From positions 14,845 through 78,844 of the forward strand of contig CAZLZN010000001.1 in NCBI GenBank assembly GCA_964564035.1: a stretch of 64,000 bases of DNA. Reading direction: 5' to 3'. The DNA is from an uncultured Gammaproteobacteria bacterium (GTDB taxonomy: Bacteria > Patescibacteriota > Microgenomatia > Levybacterales > UBA12049). This document shows, in pieces, positions 1 to 8,787 of this stretch. The notes beneath the pieces are model-generated. The model ran no database searches, was not told the DNA's origin, and worked only from the letters and a program-made list of their open reading frames with translations. Both the position numbers and the translations under genes were made by a program. Every line of letters begins with the position of its first letter. The stretch's first letter is position 1.

Positions 1-565
1 AATTGAATACGCTCTTGTTTGCATTTACCATCAAGGTATCGCCTACGCTTAGAGTATGCAGATTGGCAAATATAGTTTTGTAATTACTCGGGTCAAAAAG
101 AGGCGGGAGAGTTGAATGCCCGAATACCGCGGCGTTTCCGCGAGCCGGAGGCACAGCCGTTCCCGGAAAGTTAACCAGATGCCTCGACAGATCAGTGTCA
201 ATTGTCGTGACCACTGCATTTTCAATTTTTAACTTAGGTATAGATAAAAAATAATATGTAAGCTGGGAGTCAACATGACTTGCGCTAAAAGGAGATGCCG
301 GGATCCATTCCGAGCTATTTTGATTTGTGATTTGCTGAATTGAGCGCGCGGTGCTCAGCCAAAGACCTTGAATATAATCACTTGTGATAATCGTCGTCTG
401 CGGAATTGGCGCTGTGACCATTTGCGAAGCAAATACCGGCTCTAGATACATTTTCCAGGAAATGAATGGAAAGAAAAAGTACCCCCCAAGCAGAATGCCC
501 GTTAAAAACAGCCCCAAACCCGAAAATCTTACGACCTTCCGGGTTTTACCGGTATTTTTCTTCAC
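1..565 (-). CDS. Sortase (3' end runs off window; not in ORF track)
   Basis: Manual translation: N-terminal TM, then LSIPKLKIENAVV...FPGTAVPPARGNAAVFGHST...FANLHTLSVGD. GTG at 565 or TTG at 592. Confidence 0.85.
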   Translation of the reverse strand, partial: MKKNTGKTRKVVRFSGLGLFLTGILLGGYFFFPFISWKMYLEPVFASQMVTAPIPQTTIITSDYIQGLWLSTARSIQQITNQNSSEWIPASPFSASHVDSQLTYYFLSIPKLKIENAVVTTIDTDLSRHLVNFPGTAVPPARGNAAVFGHSTLPPLFDPSNYKTIFANLHTLSVGDTLMVNANKSVFN

Positions 566-578
566 ATAATACCGTTTA

Positions 579-2873
579 TTAATCAGATGCAAGCGTGACA
601 GTAACATTTTTAGGCAGGAACGGGAAAATATCCGCTACAAACGGAACACCCGGTTTATAAACTATTGATGTGTGGTCTACTTGCGGAAGCTTGGAAATCG
701 CAGACTTAAACTCTTCTTTGGATTTTCCTCCCAGCTCTTTAGCTAAGCCGGCAGAATCGATTTTTGGCAGAAGTGATCCGCTGATCACGACAGTCGCGGA
801 TACTCTTGCATCACTTATCTTCTCGACATCCTTGATCTCTGCGCTTATGTCCTCCTCCCGGATGTCTTTATCACCGGAATTTTCCTTCTCCAGCATCTTT
901 TTAGCAAAATCATTAAGTCTTTCCTTATCATAAGACAAACCCGTAAATTGCAGACTCGCTTCAACATTTACTTTTTTCGCTTCGTCTCCTTCTTTTTTGT
1001 CATATTTCGCGGTCTGAATTTTTGTACTTAAAAGTACCGGCAACACACTTTCGTCTTTTTGAGTTTTGGCCCCGAGAACACTCTCTGCTTCCTTCTCAAG
1101 ACTCGCTGTTAGACTCGAATTAAGTTTATCCAAATCCTTTTTAGACACAACTGTGATTTTTTTTGAAGACCCGCCTGAAAAGGCCTTATCGTTTTTAGCG
1201 GCAAGAGAGCTATTCCCATCAACGCTGAACTTCATACCCGATGGTAAATTATAATCCGATCCGATCTCCTCTGCGGTCACCTCAACATCAGCAGTACCGG
1301 GTTTTGTACCGGAAAATATATCTCCTGAAGCAGAAGCCACCTTGATATCCTTGTCTGTCACAAAATCCAAGTCTCCGCTTGTTGAAAGAACAGCGCCTTT
1401 TGGCAAATTTACAGACGATGAAGTATTATTGTTATAAACAGTAACAGTGCCGCGGGCTTTTTCTCCGACTTCTTTTTCTCCTGTTGCGTCAACTGTTTCC
1501 TCTCCGCTGATCGTATCTTCGATCTCACTTGCCTTTAGAATATTCTCATCAAAATCGTTCTCGGAGTCTGTCGCAAAAACTATCTCCTCTGTTTTCACTT
1601 TATTTTCCGGAGCAAGCGCTACCACAACCGACGCGCTCATAACATATGTATAAAAATAATAAATTCCCCCTGCTATGACAGCGAGAAGAACCGCGGGTAT
1701 CAAAATAAGCTTGAACCGCCCGATAGAAACCGAAGGCATCTCCGGAAGTCCGCTCCGGATTTTTTCTGTAACAATCTGAACAAAACCTGTCTTATTTCTC
1801 CCGACATCATCACTGTCTTCTGCGCCTAGATCCGGCTCGCTATCATAACTTTCTTGTAAGACTTGCGTTTCTTCTGCTGATTTATGCGCCCTGGTTGATT
1901 GATCATCGGATTCCAAATGCTCATCTTTTATTATTTTTTCTTCAACATCCTGATCTATAACAAAACCGAAATTATCCCCGTGTACGCTCTTATCCATAGA
2001 TACTTCGTCTTTTTGCAATGCACCCAAACTATCCTCCTCGGCAACAGCACTGCTAACAACATGATCATGTTTATCTGTTTCATAATTTTTTATATGATCT
2101 ATTATCCCGCTCGGAACTTCAAAACCCATTTGCTGTGCCGCCCCGAACGAAACAGCCCTGCTGTTAAAATCGGCAGACAGCATACTGATCTGAGGCATAT
2201 GCAAAAAAGGCAAACTCTTACTCCAGTGAAACGCTGCCAGCTTCTGTGCCAGATTCTCACCGTTGTCATTGCCGTACAATACAATTCTGGCCGGAAGTGC
2301 GTCAGCGGTAAACCCCTTCATTAATCCGTCAATTGTATGAGGTATATTTTCTTTTATTTCACCCGTCACGCGCTGGATGCTCTTGCCTCCCCGTAAAAGA
2401 GTTAATGAAACGCTTGTCCTACCTATTTCCGCGAGAATCGCGGACAATGGAGCGCCCTCTTCGCTTTGTATCAAATTAGCAATCGCCTCAGTCATCACCA
2501 TAAACCCAATAGGCGTCAGGCTCAACTTCTCGCATACTTCTTTCAGCTTTTTCAAATATTCTTTCTTGATTTTCTTGCTTTCCTGATCGACCCACTCGTC
2601 AGCTACTCCGAACACCGTTTCTCGAATTTCAACATCCGGCGGCAAAACCTCCTCAAGCGGAGTTATAGCACTGTCAACTGTCTCAATAACATCCTCAAGA
2701 GACAACTCATCAAAGCTACCGCTGAAAAATTTTTCGTCCCTGTTGACGAGCCTTATTTTTTTAACATATTCTTCAAACACGACAGAGCTTACCTTTTCGG
2801 GAGTAATTATCAACCCGAGGTAATAAATAGGAGCTTCTTTTTTCGATTTAAAAAATGGAAACTGCAGCTTCAT
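579..2873 (-). CDS. Bitopic membrane protein: FtsA/PilM-like N-terminal region, acidic linker, TM helix, baseplate J-like C-terminal region
   Basis: ETVFGV..W, MTEAIA, ILAEIG..SVSLTL resemble FtsA-like repeats; hydrophobic helix near aa 388-410; GEKARGTVTVYN...A.EIGSDYNL...FSGGS resembles baseplate J-like domains. Confidence 0.6.
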   Translation of the reverse strand: MKLQFPFFKSKKEAPIYYLGLIITPEKVSSVVFEEYVKKIRLVNRDEKFFSGSFDELSLEDVIETVDSAITPLEEVLPPDVEIRETVFGVADEWVDQESKKIKKEYLKKLKEVCEKLSLTPIGFMVMTEAIANLIQSEEGAPLSAILAEIGRTSVSLTLLRGGKSIQRVTGEIKENIPHTIDGLMKGFTADALPARIVLYGNDNGENLAQKLAAFHWSKSLPFLHMPQISMLSADFNSRAVSFGAAQQMGFEVPSGIIDHIKNYETDKHDHVVSSAVAEEDSLGALQKDEVSMDKSVHGDNFGFVIDQDVEEKIIKDEHLESDDQSTRAHKSAEETQVLQESYDSEPDLGAEDSDDVGRNKTGFVQIVTEKIRSGLPEMPSVSIGRFKLILIPAVLLAVIAGGIYYFYTYVMSASVVVALAPENKVKTEEIVFATDSENDFDENILKASEIEDTISGEETVDATGEKEVGEKARGTVTVYNNNTSSSVNLPKGAVLSTSGDLDFVTDKDIKVASASGDIFSGTKPGTADVEVTAEEIGSDYNLPSGMKFSVDGNSSLAAKNDKAFSGGSSKKITVVSKKDLDKLNSSLTASLEKEAESVLGAKTQKDESVLPVLLSTKIQTAKYDKKEGDEAKKVNVEASLQFTGLSYDKERLNDFAKKMLEKENSGDKDIREEDISAEIKDVEKISDARVSATVVISGSLLPKIDSAGLAKELGGKSKEEFKSAISKLPQVDHTSIVYKPGVPFVADIFPFLPKNVTVTLASD

Positions 2874-2877
2874 AAAA

Positions 2878-2963
2878 TAATTCTCAATTTAAAATTTTTA
2901 ATTTAAAAATCAAATTTCAATTTATAAAATTTTGAAAATTCATTGAAAATTGAAAATTTTTAA
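2878..2963. repeat. AT-rich heptamer element (TTGAAAA/ATTTTAA units, partly inverted)
   Basis: ttttgaaaattcattgaaaattgaaaattttt; similar tracts at about 12360-12475, 23750-23805 and 41144-41210. Confidence 0.65.
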
Positions 2964-4811
2964 TTACCCAACAACTGCGTAAATTCTTCTCTGCTTATTC
3001 CCTATATTTTCCTGCTTTATTATCTTAAATGATTTTACTTTGGAAGTAAAATCAACATGCGGTCCTCCGCAAAATTCTATCGAATAAGACTTGTCCGGAC
3101 TCTTTGAATCTCCTCCGATAAAATATATTTTCGATTTTTCGCCGTATGTATCCATAAAAAGTCCGATAGCGCCCATATTCTTCGCTTCTTTTGTCGGAAT
3201 AAGCTCAAAATGCACCTGAATATTTTCCTTGATCTTGTTATTTATCTCTCTCTCAAGCTGAGAGATTTCTTCATCGCTTAGCTTCCTGTCAAAATTAAAA
3301 TCAAACCTCACCCTCTCGGTCGTGATGTTCGATCCTGTTTGATGAAGCTGCTTCCCGAACATATCACGAAGCGCCTGGTGCAATAGATGCGTTGCGGTAT
3401 GCCCCATTATTGTTCTCTCCTGATGATCTGCAAGTCCACCCCGGAATTTTTTCTCGGCTCCTGCCTTTGAAAGCTTTTGGTGCGCTTCCATTTTTTCCGC
3501 AAATGCTTTTTTATCAAAAACATAACCCAGACTGGTTATTTGTGTTGGCGAAAGACCATGCGAAGCGTACAAATAAAACGCGTCGTCCGCTGTAATTTCT
3601 TTATTTCCCATCAGCTCATCCCCGGTTTTAGTACCCAGTCCGTACTTTTTCTCTATATAATGACGGGCGCGTCCAAGTGCGTTGCTATATTTATCTATCT
3701 CTTCAACTATAGTTAGCTTTATACTCTCAAATTTATCAATTAAATACGCATCTGTATCCTTATACTGCTCAATAATTTGTTCAATTATCGGACTTATATC
3801 ATTGCCCCCGAGCTTTGAAAAATGATCGTACCCCCTCCTTATCAATCTACGCAGAATATAACCTTGTTCCGTATTGGAAGGCGTAACTCCTTCTGAAATT
3901 ATGAAACTTCCCGCGACCATATGATCCGTGATTATCCTCATATCCTTATCATTATTCGAGTATTCTTGATTAGTAGTTTTTTCGATTGACCGGATGATCG
4001 GATAAAAAAGCGAAGTCCTGAATACGTCAGGCTGATTTTCTATAGCCAAAAGCATTCTTTCAAGACCTCCCCCGAAATCAACATTGGGCTTCGGAAGGAG
4101 CGTAAGCGAACCATCGGGCATTTTTTTATACTGCATGAATACGCTGTTGGCAATCTCGATAAATCTTCCGCAGTCGCAATTTACATGACAATGACTATCC
4201 TTATACGGACTTTTTTCATGAATTTTGTGTTCTGCTCCGAAATCATAAAACACTTCGCTATCCGGCCCCCCCGGCTCACCCGGCGGCATATTGTTCGGCG
4301 GTCCGCTTCTGGACCACCAGTTTTTATCAACTCCGTATTCCAAAATCCTATTCTCGGGATCAATACCGCTTTTAGCAAATAACTCTTTCCAGATCTCGAT
4401 CGATTCCTTATCTTTACCCACATTTTCGGTACCTTTAAAGACCGTAGCATAAAGCTTCTTCGGATCAAGCTTCAGATTATGCGTCAAAAATTCCCAGATC
4501 CACGGCAATTGTTCCCGCTTGAAATAATCCCCGAGACTCCAGTTCCCAAGCATCCTGAAAAAAGTCGTGTGCCTGTTGTCGCCTATTTCATCTATATCGA
4601 CAGCCCTGAATGAATTCTGGACATTTACAAGCCTTGTTCCCTGCGGGTGTGTCTCACCGAGAAGATACGGAACAAGCGGCTGCATACCCGAACTTGTAAA
4701 GAGTGTAGTCGGATCATTTTGCGGAACAAGCGGAGAATTAGCAATCTGATTATGCCCTCTTTTCTTATAATATTCTATAAAAGATTTCAAAATCTCATGC
4801 GCCTTCATCAC
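2964..4811 (-). CDS. alaS: Alanine--tRNA ligase (short form, no C-Ala domain)
   Basis: DPTTLFTSSGMQ, HTTFFRMLGN, DFGGGLER, editing motifs HTATH and CGGPH; 615 aa. Confidence 0.97.
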   Translation of the reverse strand: MMKAHEILKSFIEYYKKRGHNQIANSPLVPQNDPTTLFTSSGMQPLVPYLLGETHPQGTRLVNVQNSFRAVDIDEIGDNRHTTFFRMLGNWSLGDYFKREQLPWIWEFLTHNLKLDPKKLYATVFKGTENVGKDKESIEIWKELFAKSGIDPENRILEYGVDKNWWSRSGPPNNMPPGEPGGPDSEVFYDFGAEHKIHEKSPYKDSHCHVNCDCGRFIEIANSVFMQYKKMPDGSLTLLPKPNVDFGGGLERMLLAIENQPDVFRTSLFYPIIRSIEKTTNQEYSNNDKDMRIITDHMVAGSFIISEGVTPSNTEQGYILRRLIRRGYDHFSKLGGNDISPIIEQIIEQYKDTDAYLIDKFESIKLTIVEEIDKYSNALGRARHYIEKKYGLGTKTGDELMGNKEITADDAFYLYASHGLSPTQITSLGYVFDKKAFAEKMEAHQKLSKAGAEKKFRGGLADHQERTIMGHTATHLLHQALRDMFGKQLHQTGSNITTERVRFDFNFDRKLSDEEISQLEREINNKIKENIQVHFELIPTKEAKNMGAIGLFMDTYGEKSKIYFIGGDSKSPDKSYSIEFCGGPHVDFTSKVKSFKIIKQENIGNKQRRIYAVVG

Positions 4812-4985
4812 CTAATATTATACCATGCCGGAATTAATCCAACTTGATAGGTTTTCGAACTATTATATTGATGATTAAAGCAATCTGGAATATACTATTT
4901 ACATATTTAAATCAATAAAAACTCAATTTATTTATATTTAAAAAGCTAATACTGTGAAATTAACCTAAATCTACCTAACTTTAAA

Positions 4986-6752
4986 ATGAACAAAAATGTC
5001 AAAAAATATTTCACCCGGTTATTCAAATACATAATTGCAATATTTATCTTTACCTTATCTGCAATTTATATTACCTACCCTCTTGCGCCCCATATAGCGG
5101 ACCGGGTTACAGGATTCGGTGACGAACTTGTTATAAGTTGGATACAAAATTGGGTAATTCATTCACTATTTACTGATCCCCTGAATATCTTCAATGCAAA
5201 TATTTACTATCCTTACAACAACACCCTAGCTTTTTCTGACCCTTTTATCCTCACCGGAATTATGGCTATTCCGATTAAATTTATTACAGGCGAAGCAATC
5301 TCTGTTTTCAACTTTACTTTGATAAGCTCCTTACTTCTGCTTGGCTTTTCAATTTTTACACTGATTTATTATCTTACGAAAAACTATCTATTATCAGTTT
5401 TTTGCGGATTACTTATTAATTTTTCACCTGCCGTTCTTGATTACTCTGTTCACGTTCAAGTTCTTGCGGTTTGGAGTGTCCCGCTGTCGACTCTTTTCTT
5501 TCTGCGCTTTCTGGAGACTGCAAAAACACGTTTTTTGGCAGTTAGTCTAATAATCTTATTAATACAAATATACAACAGCGTATTACCCGGTTATTTTATT
5601 GTTTTTTCATTTTGCGTAATTTTATTATTTTATTTTTCCAAAAAATCCGCTTCGTACAATAGATTTATTAATTTAAAAAATATATTAACCATAGCGCTTT
5701 TTGCATTTGCCATTATTCCCATCGGTAATGCTTATTTTTCGGTCTCAAAAGAATTCAACTATGTGAGAGATATAAGAGATGCAGTTCACTTCGCCTTCCA
5801 GCCTGAAGACTTTTTATTTCCCGGTGTAAGAACCAAATTACACGGATTCCTATACGAAGCAATTCCGAGTAACAAATTTTCCCAAAACAACGAATTCAAA
5901 CCCGGCTATTTAGGCTTGATATTCAGCGCGCTGGTCATATTAGCAATTCTATATATTATTAAAAATTTCAAAAGAATCAGTATTGATATAAAAACATTTT
6001 TCACAATATCCATGCTTGGATTTATCCTAAGCCTAGGTCCTGTTTTGCATCTTGGCAGACAAACAATACATGAACCGTTTATGATCCCTCTGCCTTACGC
6101 GCTATTTTACTACATTATTCCCGGCTTTCAGGGACTGCGCAATTCCGGCCGTTGGAACATGCTGTTTATGATCGCGGTAGTTATCGTAATTGGACTTATT
6201 TTGAATAAATTATTATCCAGGTTATCTCTTAAAAAACAAATAATCATATATGCGTCATTATTGTTTTTAGTAATTTCAGAACTTAGTCCCATCACGCTGT
6301 ATCCGGTCACGCAAAAAAAAGATTTCCCCCCTGTATATTCTTGGCTAAACACAACTCCTCGCGATACGGTTATCATCGAATTGCCGATTTATAATTGGAA
6401 CAATGAACGATTTACCGGTCGCGAAATTTGGCGCCAATATTACGGTACGGAACACTTTCGAAGAACTTCCAACGGTTATACCGGATTTTCACCGCCCCCA
6501 TGGCAAAAATTTGTCACAAGAACAACTTTAAACTTTCCTGATAATAAAACACTGAATGAACTAAAATCTATGGGGATTAACATTATTATAGTGCACAAAA
6601 AAGAATTCGACGCCATAAGTAAATCCAATATTTTCGCCGATCAAAAAACAAGGCCGGGTAGCGAGGTGGTTACTCTATTAAATAACTCAAAATCAGTTAA
6701 ACACCTCAAATATTTCCCCGACACCAACACGCATGTATACAAATTGCTATAA
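4986..6752 (+). CDS. Polytopic membrane protein, GT-C glycosyltransferase-like
   Basis: Many TM segments; FNANIYYPYNNTLAFSD; C-terminal extracellular domain with NGYTGF. Confidence 0.65.
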   Translation: MNKNVKKYFTRLFKYIIAIFIFTLSAIYITYPLAPHIADRVTGFGDELVISWIQNWVIHSLFTDPLNIFNANIYYPYNNTLAFSDPFILTGIMAIPIKFITGEAISVFNFTLISSLLLLGFSIFTLIYYLTKNYLLSVFCGLLINFSPAVLDYSVHVQVLAVWSVPLSTLFFLRFLETAKTRFLAVSLIILLIQIYNSVLPGYFIVFSFCVILLFYFSKKSASYNRFINLKNILTIALFAFAIIPIGNAYFSVSKEFNYVRDIRDAVHFAFQPEDFLFPGVRTKLHGFLYEAIPSNKFSQNNEFKPGYLGLIFSALVILAILYIIKNFKRISIDIKTFFTISMLGFILSLGPVLHLGRQTIHEPFMIPLPYALFYYIIPGFQGLRNSGRWNMLFMIAVVIVIGLILNKLLSRLSLKKQIIIYASLLFLVISELSPITLYPVTQKKDFPPVYSWLNTTPRDTVIIELPIYNWNNERFTGREIWRQYYGTEHFRRTSNGYTGFSPPPWQKFVTRTTLNFPDNKTLNELKSMGINIIIVHKKEFDAISKSNIFADQKTRPGSEVVTLLNNSKSVKHLKYFPDTNTHVYKLL

Positions 6753-6782
6753 CCCCTGCGCCTCCAGACACAATTCCATTAT

Positions 6783-6830
6783 ACCTAAGTCCAATACACC
6801 TAAGGGGTGTCTTAGGTTGGACACCTAGGG
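6783..6830. repeat. REP-like nested palindrome downstream of SRAP
   Basis: gtccaa...ttggac enclosing acacc-taagg-ggtgt; acctaag/acctagg occurs three times. Confidence 0.4.
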
Positions 6831-7505
6831 AATTTTATCAATGCTTCTAATCAACCTTTCATCATCTCTCCCCGGAACATTGACAGCCGTAGATACTCCG
6901 TAAGACACCATTTCCGCGTCAGGATATGGCGATAAAAGCGGAAGTAGTATGTCCGGCTCTGTAGTATCCGGGTTAAGCCACGCGTCCTCAGCGTCCCTCC
7001 GAAGTATCACGGGCATTCTGGGATGAACCTGGCCCACCACCCCGTTTGCCTGTGTGGTAATTATTGTGTAGCTTGTAACCTCGTGTCCGTCTTTCGGATT
7101 CACCCACACATCATATAGCCCCGCGAACGCGAACATCCCTTCATTTTTCAATCTGAAATAATACGGTTGACTCGGTTTCTGTTTTTTATCCCATTCATAA
7201 AAACCCGTAGCCGGCACCAGGCACCTCTGCATTCTGAACGGCTTTCTATATGCAGGTTTATTTTCAATCCCCTCGGCCCTTGCATTGATCGTCTTAAATT
7301 TGAAACTGTCATCCTTGGCCCATGCCGGAATAAGCCCCCAAAACATAAGACCGATCTGATTCGGACTATGCCTGGTGACAACCGGATTCATCTGACCCGG
7401 CGCGATATTATAACGCGGGGACAAATCTTTCAGAGTATTAATCGTTCCAAACCTATCCCGCAACTCCCTCGCTTCCTTTACTACAAGTCCATATCTGCCG
7501 CACAT
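6825..7505 (-). CDS. SOS response-associated peptidase (SRAP, YedK/HMCES family; abasic-site protection)
   Basis: N-terminal MCGRY, RYNIAP, WGLIP, INARAE, RCLVPATGFYEW, HPRMPVIL. Confidence 0.96.
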   Translation of the reverse strand: MCGRYGLVVKEARELRDRFGTINTLKDLSPRYNIAPGQMNPVVTRHSPNQIGLMFWGLIPAWAKDDSFKFKTINARAEGIENKPAYRKPFRMQRCLVPATGFYEWDKKQKPSQPYYFRLKNEGMFAFAGLYDVWVNPKDGHEVTSYTIITTQANGVVGQVHPRMPVILRRDAEDAWLNPDTTEPDILLPLLSPYPDAEMVSYGVSTAVNVPGRDDERLIRSIDKIP

Positions 7506-7578
7506 AGCAAGAGAATTTTAGATCTTATGTAAAAGAAATAGGTAATAATTTTGCTATACGCACACACCCAAGACACCC

Positions 7579-7610
7579 AAACCCGGTTCGTTTTATGTAG
7601 ACAAACAAGG
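7579..7610 (+). repeat. 32-bp RAYT-associated repeat, copy A
   Basis: aaacccggttcgttttatgtagacaaacaagg; 28/32 identical to the reverse complement of 10769-10800. Confidence 0.85.
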
Positions 7611-7678
7611 TGATTTTCAAATAAAGGGCTGATATTAAATTTTAAATATTAAAATTTGGTAATAAATTAAAAATCCCC

Positions 7679-7708
7679 TTGACAGGAAACGATCGTTTCC
7701 TATATATT
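7679..7708 (+). promoter_or_regulatory. sigma70 promoter of lexA-like gene with a perfect 18-bp palindrome in the spacer
   Basis: TTGACA at 7679; AGGAAACGATCGTTTCCT at 7684-7701; TATATT at 7703; ATG at 7715. Confidence 0.75.
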
Positions 7709-7714
7709 ATACTC

Positions 7715-8284
7715 ATGACTATTGATGAAGCAGCCAAAAGAATAAAAAAATTTTATCTGCTCAACAGACGGATGCCGTCATACAAAGAGCTATGCATTGA
7801 GCTGGATCTCTCCTCCAAAAAAAACAGTTTCAAATGGGCAAAAAAACTTATAGAGACGGGCCTGCTTGGGAAAGACAAACAGGGTAAACTCTTTCCCAAG
7901 TCCCTGTTCGCGATTCCCGATTTCGGCATCATCAAGGCGGGATATGCTGCGCCGGCGCACCAGACAGAAAATAATAGCCTGGATTTATATAAATTTATAC
8001 TCGATCTTCCGAATGGAGTTTTCTCTTTAACTATACACGGAGACTCAATGATCGACGCGTCGATCCGGGAAGGAGACATCGCTCTTATTGATCCGAACAA
8101 ACAGCCTCTCCACGGAGATATCGTCGCCGCTTTGGTGGATGGCGAGTGTACTCTCAAATATTTTTACAAAGATCACCGGGGCGTACGCCTTGTACCCGGC
8201 AATCCCGAATATCCCATTATCTATCCGCAAAACGAACTCGTCGTACAGGGAGTATTAATCCATTTAATAAGGAAGTTCAGATGA
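7715..8284 (+). CDS. lexA: LexA-like repressor / S24 self-cleaving peptidase
   Basis: N-terminal HTH (RRMPSYKEL), IKAG cleavage site, GDSM serine, CTLK lysine. The ORF-track TTG start is the -35 box. Confidence 0.85.
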   Translation: MTIDEAAKRIKKFYLLNRRMPSYKELCIELDLSSKKNSFKWAKKLIETGLLGKDKQGKLFPKSLFAIPDFGIIKAGYAAPAHQTENNSLDLYKFILDLPNGVFSLTIHGDSMIDASIREGDIALIDPNKQPLHGDIVAALVDGECTLKYFYKDHRGVRLVPGNPEYPIIYPQNELVVQGVLIHLIRKFR

Positions 8285-8526
8285 GGATATTATGTGCTTC
8301 TTTTTGAAATTTAAAAATATTAATTTAATATGTTAAATCAAAACTCAAAAACCATAGGAACAAGCGTCTTAACCATAAAAGGCAAAATGGATCTTTAAGC
8401 CTTGATCTAGGTTTTGATCTTTGAGATTTGATTTTTGATCTAATTTAGCTTGACACGCCTGTTCGTCATCTCGCTCATACTAAATGATGTAAATTAATTT
8501 TCTTAGATAAGCTCTGAAGGGGAGGT

Positions 8527-8787
8527 ATGTTAGAAAAAATACATGAAAAAATTGATGTCATTACTATTTACAAGAAATATCCGGCACGGGTCATTCCATA
8601 TAAAATCAGATGGAACGGTAGAGATCATATTATTACGAAAATCGGGTATCATCACAAAATTCGTAAAGGCCATACGTTCTTTCATATCTTTTCTGTCTGC
8701 TCCGATACCTTAGCGTTCCGCCTTCGCTTTGACACAGAAACTATGTACTGGACGCTGGAGGAAGTATCAGATGGATTTACCGATTAG
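8527..8787 (+). CDS. Small beta-rich hypothetical protein overlapping the dinB start
   Basis: Strong SD GGAGGT; 86 aa; overlaps the dinB ATG by 17 nt. Confidence 0.8.
   Translation: MLEKIHEKIDVITIYKKYPARVIPYKIRWNGRDHIITKIGYHHKIRKGHTFFHIFSVCSDTLAFRLRFDTETMYWTLEEVSDGFTD

Noticed and set aside
8450-8481. TTGACA followed by GTTC-N8-GCTC as an SOS box for dinB
   Set aside because: Poor -10 spacing, degenerate match and no resemblance to the lexA palindrome.
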